Assembly (NCBI GenBank): GCA_043718025.1
Contig: JAYSWN010000092.1
Location: forward strand, 1 to 31,353
Origin: Pseudomonadota bacterium
GTDB lineage: Bacteria > Bdellovibrionota > FAC87 > UBA2466
Reading direction: 5' to 3'
Length of the DNA: 31,353 nt
In this document: positions 18,198-26,324 of the stretch, piece after piece
How the letters are laid out: each line of letters starts with the position of its first letter
Numbering within the stretch: the first letter of the stretch is position 1
Made by a program: the position numbers and the translations under genes
Notes under the pieces: generated by a model
What the model was told of the DNA's origin: nothing
The model's database searches: none
What the model saw: only the letters and a program-made list of their open reading frames with translations

Positions 18198-19376
18198 TGG
18201 TGACGGGGTTTTTTGGGAGGAGATTTTAACTTCGGGTCGAAAAAGATGGGAGCCCGCATAGTAGTGCGCGAGAATTTCTTGGTAAGTCTTTCCCAAACGG
18301 GCCAAGCCGCGTGCACCCCACTGACACAATCCCACGCCGTGCCCCGCCCCAGTTCCCATGAAAATAAAATTCGAGTTCACCATCTGCCATGAGAAATGAG
18401 AACTTTGTAGGCGGGTGAAACCGAGGCGGCGTCGCAGCTCTTCGGCACGGATAAATACCGGCTTACCGCTTCCTTTGATTGCGATCTCCAAAACCCTTCC
18501 GGCGGTGATTTTTGAGTTCTCCATTTCGAGCGGAGACAGCGGCATTTTTAACGCGGAAACAAGCTCTTCAAGAGACACGCTGGCCTGCCAGCGATAGTGA
18601 TTTTTTTGGCAGTATTCGCAAGGAGCAGATACAAAATGATTTCCTTCAGGATTGAGCCATACCTCTTTTGCCGACGCCGTTTGTCCCGCACAGCGCGAAT
18701 GAAAAAAAGCCTTGAACGGGGGCGGCGTGGTCCTGCCGCTTTTAGTTTCGTTATAATAAAGGTACTCGCCCTTCGTGGCCTTCACTGCATCGCCGACAAG
18801 GCTATTCGTCGAAAAGCCACTAAACACCTGATCAAGAGTAGAGGAGTCTACGTCATAAACAGTATGACGCGGGATTAGAAATCGGTGCAGGGCAAAAGTG
18901 CGGGCGGCCACGGCTTGGGCCTTTAAGGCTTCGAATTCGGCGCGACCACCCAACTCCGCCAACACAACCCCTTCGGTGTACCTCTCTAGCGGCACCCTCA
19001 ACACGTAGGCGAGTTGATTAACGGTTTGGCTGACCTGCAATACGCCTCGCCACCTTTTTCCTGCGAGGGTCCATGACTCATTGCCGCCATCGCCAACGCG
19101 AAACAATAACGTCCGATGAGAGAAACGGCTTGTTCCAACGTGGATTTGATCGGTCGCGCGATCAAAATTGATGGTTACTGAATTTGGCAATGTGGTCCAA
19201 TAGACGGACTCTTCAGCTTTGCATTGTAACTTTCCGCCGGATGTCTCCAGTTCCAGGGGATTTCCACTCTTTACCAGAAGCACTTTAATCGTTGGATCTT
19301 GGTGGGGCGTGCCGCAACACAAGAACGAAAAAAAGCACGCGAAAACAGAGACAAAGCAGAACCTACGGCGGCGCAT
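18186..19376 (-). CDS. SpoIID/LytB-domain lytic transglycosylase, exported or lipoprotein
   Basis: LERY..GVVLAE (catalytic Glu position), EALKAQAVAARTFA, GHGVGLCQWGA, ILAHYY. N-terminal basic and hydrophobic segment with Cys. Confidence 0.93.
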   Translation of the reverse strand: MRRRRFCFVSVFACFFSFLCCGTPHQDPTIKVLLVKSGNPLELETSGGKLQCKAEESVYWTTLPNSVTINFDRATDQIHVGTSRFSHRTLLFRVGDGGNESWTLAGKRWRGVLQVSQTVNQLAYVLRVPLERYTEGVVLAELGGRAEFEALKAQAVAARTFALHRFLIPRHTVYDVDSSTLDQVFSGFSTNSLVGDAVKATKGEYLYYNETKSGRTTPPPFKAFFHSRCAGQTASAKEVWLNPEGNHFVSAPCEYCQKNHYRWQASVSLEELVSALKMPLSPLEMENSKITAGRVLEIAIKGSGKPVFIRAEELRRRLGFTRLQSSHFSWQMVNSNFIFMGTGAGHGVGLCQWGARGLARLGKTYQEILAHYYAGSHLFRPEVKISSQKTPSPSRF

Positions 19377-19446
19377 TGGGCCCTCGCGTTAATTAGGGAA
19401 GGTAAATTTTGGTGTAGGAAAAAAACTAAGAAGTGAGGAATACGTC

Positions 19447-19462
19447 TATACTTTTAAGTATA
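19447..19462. promoter_or_regulatory. Palindrome TATACTT-TT-AAGTATA carrying a TATACT -10-like hexamer on each strand
   Basis: Seen directly. Lies between the divergent SpoIID and amidase genes, 2 nt before the amidase ATG. Confidence 0.45.
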
Positions 19463-19464
19463 CC

Positions 19465-20376
19465 ATGAACTTTATCTGCCTCATCCTCTGGACCTTTGTC
19501 CTAACTCCGTGGCTTTGGGCTGCGCCAAGCCCAGTCGTAAACCCCGACGATCTTGATCCCGAATGGGATTTTTGGGAAAACTCGTCGGCCGAGGCCGTCA
19601 GCCCCGATGAGGTTCGCAGAATGAGCTCGCTCAATTCTGAGCTAAGGGGTCCAACGAAGGCGATGGCCAAGGCAAAGGTGATTAAGATTCTCATCGACCC
19701 GGGCCACGGCGGAAAAGATTATGGCACCCGTGCTGCGACAGGCTTCATGGAAAAAAAATTGAGCCTTCGTCTTTCTCAAATGATTAAGACGGCAACTAAA
19801 AAGTTGCTCGAGAAAAATGGTTGGGTTGCCGACATACGGCTTACCCGAGACGAGGACTCATTTTTGAGCCTTCGCGATCGCACGCGCCTAGCCAATACTT
19901 GGGAGGCCGATCTTTTTTTGAGTGTACACGCTAACTCTGAACCGAGCGGAAACGCCCGGGGATTTGAGGTCTATTTCACCAGTCCTGAAAGCACCGACAA
20001 AAGGGCCAATCGGCTCGCCTTGGTGGAAAATAGTGAACGCGCCGGCATCCCATTGCCGAGCAACCCCATTATTCGCATGTTGGCCGATAGCCAAAACTCG
20101 GCGGTGCAGTCTGAAAGCTCACGCTTTGCCGAGGTCATGTTCGACGTAATGGCCTCTTATTTAGAGTCGAGCGTGCGTGCCGTTCGCCAGGCTCCTTTTG
20201 CCGTTCTCAATCACACCGTAATGCCTTCGTTACTTATTGAAGTTGGGTACTTAAGCCATCCCAGGGACGCCAAGCGCCTCAAAAATCCTCTCTACCTAAA
20301 GAAGGTAGCGGGTGCTATAAGCCAGGGCATCTGGGAGTACACCAATCGTCAGCCAAGAAAACGGCGTGACATGTAA
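19465..20376 (+). CDS. N-acetylmuramoyl-L-alanine amidase (Amidase_3)
   Basis: Signal peptide. ILIDPGHGGKD, EK, LTR, LFLSVHANS, GFEVY and LLIEVGYL show intact Zn ligands and catalytic Glu. Confidence 0.95.
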   Translation: MNFICLILWTFVLTPWLWAAPSPVVNPDDLDPEWDFWENSSAEAVSPDEVRRMSSLNSELRGPTKAMAKAKVIKILIDPGHGGKDYGTRAATGFMEKKLSLRLSQMIKTATKKLLEKNGWVADIRLTRDEDSFLSLRDRTRLANTWEADLFLSVHANSEPSGNARGFEVYFTSPESTDKRANRLALVENSERAGIPLPSNPIIRMLADSQNSAVQSESSRFAEVMFDVMASYLESSVRAVRQAPFAVLNHTVMPSLLIEVGYLSHPRDAKRLKNPLYLKKVAGAISQGIWEYTNRQPRKRRDM

Positions 20377-20395
20377 CGAGGCTAACTTGGACAAA

Positions 20396-21109
20396 GTGAA
20401 ACGACTCGACGGACGTTATTCTGGCGACATTCGCCCGATCAAAATCACCCCTAATTTTTTGGTGGCCCCCGCGGGCTCTTGCTTAATCGAAATGGGCGGC
20501 ACGCGTGTGGTTTGCAGCGCGATGATTGAAGAGACGGTCCCTCCTTTTCTCAAAAATCAAGGCAAAGGCTGGCTCACGGCCGAGTATTCGATGCTGCCGG
20601 CGTCGTCCTCTCAGCGAGTCAATCGCGAGCGCAATAAGTTGGGTGGCCGCACTCAAGAAATTCAGCGCTTAATCGGAAGGTCTTTAAGAACGGCCGTTGA
20701 TTTATCTGTGATTGGCGAACGTACGATTCAGCTCGACTGTGACGTGTTGGACGCGGATGGTGGTACACGAACCGCGGCGATCACCGGTGCTTTTGTGGCG
20801 TTGGCCTTGGCCATTAAAAAACTCGAAAAAACCAATCCTAAATTTCGCAGCGCCTTAAAGACCGAAGTGGCGGCCATCTCCGTGGGAATAGTTCACGGCG
20901 TGCTTTGCCTTGATCTGCCCTATCTCGAAGACAAAGTGGCGGAGGTCGATATGAATGTTGTGAAGACCAGCACCAACCAGTACATCGAAATTCAGGGCAC
21001 GGCCGAGGCGGCGGCATTCGGACGCGACGCTTTAAATCAGATGCTTGATTTGGCCGACGCCGGAATTCAGCAGCTGTTCCAAGCCCAAAGAAAAGCGCTA
21101 GAACAGTAG
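20396..21109 (+). CDS. rph: Ribonuclease PH
   Basis: RLDGR, GWLTAEYSMLP, GRTQEIQRLIGRSLR, DCDVLDADGGTRTAAITG, EIQGTAE. Start placed at GTG 20396. Confidence 0.98.
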   Translation: MKRLDGRYSGDIRPIKITPNFLVAPAGSCLIEMGGTRVVCSAMIEETVPPFLKNQGKGWLTAEYSMLPASSSQRVNRERNKLGGRTQEIQRLIGRSLRTAVDLSVIGERTIQLDCDVLDADGGTRTAAITGAFVALALAIKKLEKTNPKFRSALKTEVAAISVGIVHGVLCLDLPYLEDKVAEVDMNVVKTSTNQYIEIQGTAEAAAFGRDALNQMLDLADAGIQQLFQAQRKALEQ

Positions 21110-21122
21110 GCTGAGCGAAGCG

Positions 21123-21740
21123 ATGCCGGCCTTATTTTTAGCGACCAGCAATTTAGGAAAAATCTCTGAGTTTCAAGCTCTGCTTCCTCACTGGAAGCTT
21201 ACTCACCCCTTGAGATCGGAATTTGAGTCTATCACTCCGCCTGAAGTCATTGAGGACGGGGTTACCTACTACGAAAACGCCCTAAAAAAAGCGCTGCGCT
21301 ACCAAGAAATGTATCGGCGTCCGGTGCTGGCCGATGATTCGGGGCTCGAAGTGGATGGCCTGTTCGGAGCGCCAGGAGTGTTCTCGGCCCGGTTTGGCGG
21401 GGAAAACATTTCGTGGGCAGAGCGTTGGCAGTTTCTTTGGACCAAACTCTCCGTTTTTCCTGCATCCGAATGGACGGCGAACTTTAGGGCGGTGCTCTGT
21501 TATTACAACGGCAAGAATCCGCCGCGTTTTTTTGAGGCCTGCTCGGCGGGAAAGATTATTTCATCGGCCCGCGGGGGAGAAGGGTTTGGGTATGATCCCA
21601 TCTTTTTTTCGACCGAATTGGGTAAGACCTTCGCCGAGGCTAGTGCCGCAGAAAAGAACCAGGTTTCCCATCGGGCCAAGGCTGTTCGCGCCTTTGTAGA
21701 ATGGGCGGAATCCCTTGACCACCCCGAAACACGACGGTAA
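21123..21740 (+). CDS. rdgB: RdgB/HAM1 non-canonical purine NTP pyrophosphatase
   Basis: ATSNLGK, ENA..KA, ADDSGL, GAPGVFSARF, GFGYDPIF, KNQVSHR. Follows rph. Confidence 0.97.
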   Translation: MPALFLATSNLGKISEFQALLPHWKLTHPLRSEFESITPPEVIEDGVTYYENALKKALRYQEMYRRPVLADDSGLEVDGLFGAPGVFSARFGGENISWAERWQFLWTKLSVFPASEWTANFRAVLCYYNGKNPPRFFEACSAGKIISSARGGEGFGYDPIFFSTELGKTFAEASAAEKNQVSHRAKAVRAFVEWAESLDHPETRR

Positions 21741-21783
21741 TCCTGTCCTTCCATACCGAAACGAATAGTTTTTCTAAAGATGT

Positions 21784-21859
21784 GCCCAGGTAGCTCAGTC
21801 GGTAGAGCAGAGGATTGAAAATCCTCGTGTGGGGGGTTCGATTCCCTCCCTGGGCACCA
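21784..21859 (+). tRNA. tRNA-Phe (GAA)
   Basis: GCCCAGGTAGCTCAGTCGGTAGAGCAGAGGATTGAAAATCCTCGTGTGGGGGGTTCGATTCCCTCCCTGGGCACCA: 76-nt cloverleaf with CCA. Confidence 0.97.
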
Positions 21860-21880
21860 TTTCATCTTTTTTCCAATTTT

Positions 21881-22642
21881 TTAAGGTTTAATGAACTGTC
21901 TTCCGGCGTAGTCGAGGCGTTTTAATGTGGGCCGTATCGACCGCTCGACAAAGAACTCTTCCACCGCCTTTTTAGCGCCTTTCCAGAAACCGTAATCATC
22001 GATTTGAATGATTCCTCCGGGCGACACCCTATCGTAAAGTGCGGAAAGGCAGACCTTCACACTCTGGTACCAATCACCGTCCAGGTGAAGTACCGCAATT
22101 TTATCAACTTTCGATTTAGGCAATGTGTCTTGAAAAAGTCCCTTTTCGAATCGGGCTATCCCAGCAATATCAAGATTTTGAAATGTGGCGATGACCGAGT
22201 CCAGCGAAGCGTAGCAGGTGCCCGTATGCAACTTCGCAATCTCGAAGTCAGGATCGTCGTGCGTGGGAGCGGGAAGTCCTTCAAAAGTATCAAAGAGCCA
22301 GAGCAATCGATCTGTTTCGCCCAAGCTCTTCAGCGTTAGGCCCATCATCGCGGCGCTTCCCCCCTGCGCTGAGCCGCATTCCACAAAGTCGCCCGGAATT
22401 TTTTCTTCCACTACGTGTCTAACCGCCCGGTGAAGACCGCGCAGGCGAGCGTTGCTGCACATCGTAATAGGTTTTATCTTGCGGTACATTATAGAAAACT
22501 CGGAAGGAGAAATAGCGTCGTAGACCTCGATTAGGCGACGCAGGGCGTGCGAAAAGACTAGGATAGGGTCTTTCACTCGATACAGAAACTCTCTCAATGG
22601 GTGCTTATCAATGTTTCCAAATCTATCGAATGAAGTTCCCAT
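21881..22642 (-). CDS. TylF/MycF/NovP-family (macrocin-type) O-methyltransferase
   Basis: IPGDFVECG...GGS, LFDTFEGLP, KGLFQDTLP, LHLDGDWYQS, GGIIQIDDYG, GAKKAV. Confidence 0.93.
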   Translation of the reverse strand: MGTSFDRFGNIDKHPLREFLYRVKDPILVFSHALRRLIEVYDAISPSEFSIMYRKIKPITMCSNARLRGLHRAVRHVVEEKIPGDFVECGSAQGGSAAMMGLTLKSLGETDRLLWLFDTFEGLPAPTHDDPDFEIAKLHTGTCYASLDSVIATFQNLDIAGIARFEKGLFQDTLPKSKVDKIAVLHLDGDWYQSVKVCLSALYDRVSPGGIIQIDDYGFWKGAKKAVEEFFVERSIRPTLKRLDYAGRQFIKP

Positions 22643-22851
22643 GGGTTTCCTTTTACCGCCTTCTCATCTGTGCTGAGCGTATTTGGGCGGGAAGCCCTTA
22701 AAAAGGCCCCTGAATATTACCACTACTGCACCTGACTTAATTTCTATTTTCCACGACATCTTATCGCCCCTCCTTTCGAAATCTTTTGCTGTTTCATATG
22801 CGCTCCGGCTCACGTAGTTTCGGCCATCTGGACGGAGTGAATTGCCTTGAA

Positions 22852-24410
22852 ATGAAAGAGCAACGTAGGAAATTCCAAAACCATAGAAAATTTGTTGAAT
22901 GGCAAAGGCTCGTGCGCCATGTCCGGTCATTCTGGGGCGTTTGGCTGCTGGCGACGGCCGCCGTCTTTTTATGGCCGATGCGCCTCGGGGTTAAGGTTGA
23001 TGCCGCGATGTACGGGGCCGCGGCTCGGGCCGTACTTGAAACGGGAGTTTGGTGGCCCTTAAGCCTGCATCCAGACCTGCACAACCCATTTTACCTTCAA
23101 CCGCCAATGGGAATTTGGGGCATGGCGATTACCGCCTTTTTGTTTGGGCCTAGCCCTTGGAGCTATCTATTATTTAGCCGTTTTTGTTGTGTTCTGACCT
23201 ACTTCTTATTGGCCCTGACCCTCTTAAGAATTGTTCGGGTGGATGGGGATGATGGAGAAAAAAAAGGTTGGGAGCAGGTCACTTTTTTCCTCTTTCTTCT
23301 TCCGACCTGGGGGATCTGGCTGAAGTACGCGAGCGATGGGCAGCTCGATGGACCCTTAGGTTTTGGCATCGCGGGCACCGTAGCGTGCGCCATTTATGCT
23401 CTCTTCCCGGTGGCGAACGAAAATAACCGCAATGTTGCTCTCGCCGGCCTCTTTGCCTTTTCTGGTCTGGCCTTTCTCTTTAAGGCACTATTTTTTGTCC
23501 CCATTGTTCTTGCCCTCGGGCTGTGGGCAATAGTTTTTTGCAGCAAAAAAACAATCGCGGCGGCGCTGGCTTCATTGGGGGGGCACTAACCGCGTTTGGG
23601 TTTCTGGTTATGCTCGACCAGGTTTATGGCACGAACTGGTGCAAATCTTACTTTGTCATTCAGTTAACCCGGCATGTCTCCACCCCGGACACGGGTTTCT
23701 TAACCTTGACCCGATTCGCGGAGTTGCTGGCGGCGGTCACGCAATGGTACCCGCTAGAGCTTCGGTTTTCGCCAGTTTGGACGGCGCTGCTTCTGCTCGC
23801 GATGGTCGTAGCCTTAGCGCGGGGCACCCTTCTGCGCAGTCGGGCTTGTGCGCTACTTACCCTCTTCTATTTTTCCTATATGGGCCCGCTCTTTGTCGCC
23901 AAATCGAAGATGCCCCACTGGGCGGTAGCCATCTATCCAGTGGCAGCGGGATTGCTGGTGCTGCTAATTCCGGCCCGGTTTACGGAGGCTATTTTCAAAC
24001 GGATTTCGCCCGCGGTGGTGAATTTCGTCGCCGCGGTGATTTTATTTTTTTTAGCCGTTGTTCCCTATCCGAGGGAGATCCGGGAGTACCGGGGTCAAGA
24101 TTGGTTCGCCTCGGCGGCACTCATTCAAAATGAGAGTACGCCCGACCTCCCCTTTCTCTTTGTGGTCGAACCCGAGAAGTTCGAGGCATTTGGTCACTAT
24201 TCATACAGTTCGTTTACCCTTGGTCGAAAAACGCCAATGCGTTTTGGCAGGGTGGAGTCCATTCTTACGGGGCCTTGTCGTGGGGGCTTGTTTGGGGTGG
24301 ATAGCGAGCATCTTAAGCAGATTCTCACTCAAGTAACGGCTCATGGTTGGCGTCGGATTCCAGGGTACGATCGCCAATTGGTTCTATTTCATTGCCCGCC
24401 GGGCCACTAA
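22852..24410 (+). pseudogene. ArnT/PMT-like GT-C glycosyltransferase split by a 1-nt frameshift (pseudogene, phase-off allele or sequencing error); start uncertain
   Basis: The 5' ORF (to 23589) has VDAAMY...A..VL.TG.W, QPP..IW, R and FLFK, typical of the ArnT N-terminal half. The 3' ORF (to 24410) has further TMs with KSKMPHW...YP. The frames join if G7 (23577-23583) becomes G8. Confidence 0.75.
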
Positions 24411-24429
24411 AAAAATGAGAAGTGAGCTC

Positions 24430-25305
24430 TCAAGCCGAAAGGGCGAGTAAAACAACGGCGATCACCGCGGTAGATAAGCTCGCCCTATCGCGAAAGGCGA
24501 AGACAATGGGATCTTCATGAACCGAGCCCCGATGCGCCAAAACCCATAACCGGCAGTTCCAAAAAAGCATGAGCAACGAGAGTAACCACAACCGCTCAGG
24601 AAAACGGTAAAGCACTTTTGCTTCGGGCGCATTTAGATACAAAACCAGCACCAGTACCGAGAGAATAGAACAGCACGCGCCAAACACAAAAACCGGGAGG
24701 CGATCTTCTGGCCGATAACTTCGCCTTAGAATTGAGCCTTCGGTCACGCGCAATTCAGTAAACCGTTTTAAAAATGCCAGCCCAAGAAAGAAAAAATTTG
24801 AAAAGGCAATCAGCCAAGGAGAAATGGACGTTTCCGATGCCAGTCCGCCGGCTACGATTCGAAGAGTATAAAACGAAGTGAGAACGACCACGTCTAGGAC
24901 TAACTGCTCTTTTAACACGGTGGAATAAAGCAGGTTAAGAAGCAGATAAAGAACCAGAACTAACAGAACATTAAAATTTACACTGGCGGCCAGCCCCAAC
25001 CCGGTCACTTCCAGGGTGAAAAATAGCGCGATAGCGGTGCGGACCGACATCGTGCCAGCGGCTAGAGGGCGTAAACGTTTTTGCGCATGATCGCGATCGG
25101 CCTCCCGGTCTAAGAGATCATTTAGCAGGTAGACGGCCGAAGCAGAGAGGCAGAAAGCAATAAAAGCCATCGCTGATTGGGCCCAATGCGTGTCTGCGGT
25201 GAACCGGTGCGCGGCCAGCACGGGGAGAAAGACCAATAGATTTTTGCTCCAGTGGTGAGCTCGCAAAGATTTAAAAATAATACCAAGGTGGCTAGAAAGC
25301 CTCAT
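24430..25305 (-). CDS. UbiA-family prenyltransferase, polyprenyl-phosphate phosphoribosyltransferase-like
   Basis: LRAHHWSKNLLVF, YLLNDLLDREADRDH..KRLRPLAAG, YS..LK...LDV, KRFTEL, EDPIVFA.RD. The start overlaps the end of nrdB. Confidence 0.9.
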   Translation of the reverse strand: MRLSSHLGIIFKSLRAHHWSKNLLVFLPVLAAHRFTADTHWAQSAMAFIAFCLSASAVYLLNDLLDREADRDHAQKRLRPLAAGTMSVRTAIALFFTLEVTGLGLAASVNFNVLLVLVLYLLLNLLYSTVLKEQLVLDVVVLTSFYTLRIVAGGLASETSISPWLIAFSNFFFLGLAFLKRFTELRVTEGSILRRSYRPEDRLPVFVFGACCSILSVLVLVLYLNAPEAKVLYRFPERLWLLSLLMLFWNCRLWVLAHRGSVHEDPIVFAFRDRASLSTAVIAVVLLALSA

Positions 25306-26305
25306 CAAAGTTCACCACCACTGCTCCGGTGTTAAACCCTTTTTGGTATTCGGTGACGCGTTTTTCGAAGAAGTTGGTAAGCGGTTGCACGTCTTGTAGC
25401 ACCATAAAGGGAAACGGATTGCGGGAGTTGTATCGCTTTTTGTAGCCTAGCTGAACGAAGCGCTGATCGGCTACAAACTGCAAGTATTCCTTCATCAGTT
25501 TTGGCGATAGACCACTCACGCCAAAGCTCAGCGCGTCTTCGCAAAAAAGCATTTCTACCGCAATAGCCTCTTCGATCATGCCCTCTACCCGTTTTTCCAG
25601 CGCGGCATCAAATAGTTGAGGGTACTCTTGGCGAATGACGCCCAAGGCCTGCATGGCGGCATCAATGTGCATGGTTTCATCGCGGAACACCCAATTGGTG
25701 GCGGTGGCTAGGCCCGGCAAAAGTCCCTTATTGCGCAAGAAATAGACGTATGCAAATGAGCCAAAGAAGAACAAACCCTCTACGCAGGCCGCAAAACACA
25801 TTAGGTTTTCGATGAACTGGCGGCGTTTATCGTCGTTGTCGAGCACATCAATCTTTTCAATCGAGTCCATGTACTTGAAACAGAAATCGGCTTTGAGTTT
25901 TACCGAAGGAATTGAACGGTAAGCGTCGAATGCTTCAGCGCGATCTTTGGGATCGGGTAGATAACTGTCGACCAGAAGCAGGTAGGTTTCTACGTGCAGC
26001 ATTTCGTCAAAAAGCTGTTTGCCCAAAAACATTCGGAACTCGGGGCTATTGATGTGCTTGTAAAAGTTGAGAACCAAATTGTGCGCCACCAGGTTATCCG
26101 CGGTGGCAAAAAACGCCACCAATCGTTTGATAACATGGGCTTCACGCGGATCTAACTTGTCGCGTAAATGCTCATAGTCTACCGAGAAGTCGAGCTCGTC
26201 GGTGGTCCAAATATTTTTAATCGAGTCTTTATAAAGCTGAAAAAATTGCGGATACTGCATTGGCCGCAGAGTCAGATTTAATTCGGGGCTAAGAATCATA
26301 GACAT
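25292..26305 (-). CDS. nrdB: Class Ia ribonucleotide reductase beta subunit
   Basis: Di-metal ligands FFATAD, EMLH, VEGLFF and RDETMH. Radical Tyr in HVETY. C-terminal NFFEKRVTEY. ATG 26305 has AAAGGA upstream. Confidence 0.97.
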   Translation of the reverse strand: MSMILSPELNLTLRPMQYPQFFQLYKDSIKNIWTTDELDFSVDYEHLRDKLDPREAHVIKRLVAFFATADNLVAHNLVLNFYKHINSPEFRMFLGKQLFDEMLHVETYLLLVDSYLPDPKDRAEAFDAYRSIPSVKLKADFCFKYMDSIEKIDVLDNDDKRRQFIENLMCFAACVEGLFFFGSFAYVYFLRNKGLLPGLATATNWVFRDETMHIDAAMQALGVIRQEYPQLFDAALEKRVEGMIEEAIAVEMLFCEDALSFGVSGLSPKLMKEYLQFVADQRFVQLGYKKRYNSRNPFPFMVLQDVQPLTNFFEKRVTEYQKGFNTGAVVVNFDEAF

Positions 26306-26324
26306 GGTGTGGAGTCCTTTCTGC

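Noticed and set aside
21716..21745. Sigma70 promoter for tRNA-Phe (TTGACC-N17-TAATCC)
   Set aside because: The -10 lacks the conserved final T. Plausible, but too weak to list as a feature.
21860..24430. Integrated element at tRNA-Phe
   Set aside because: No integrase, transposase or duplicated att sequence was seen.
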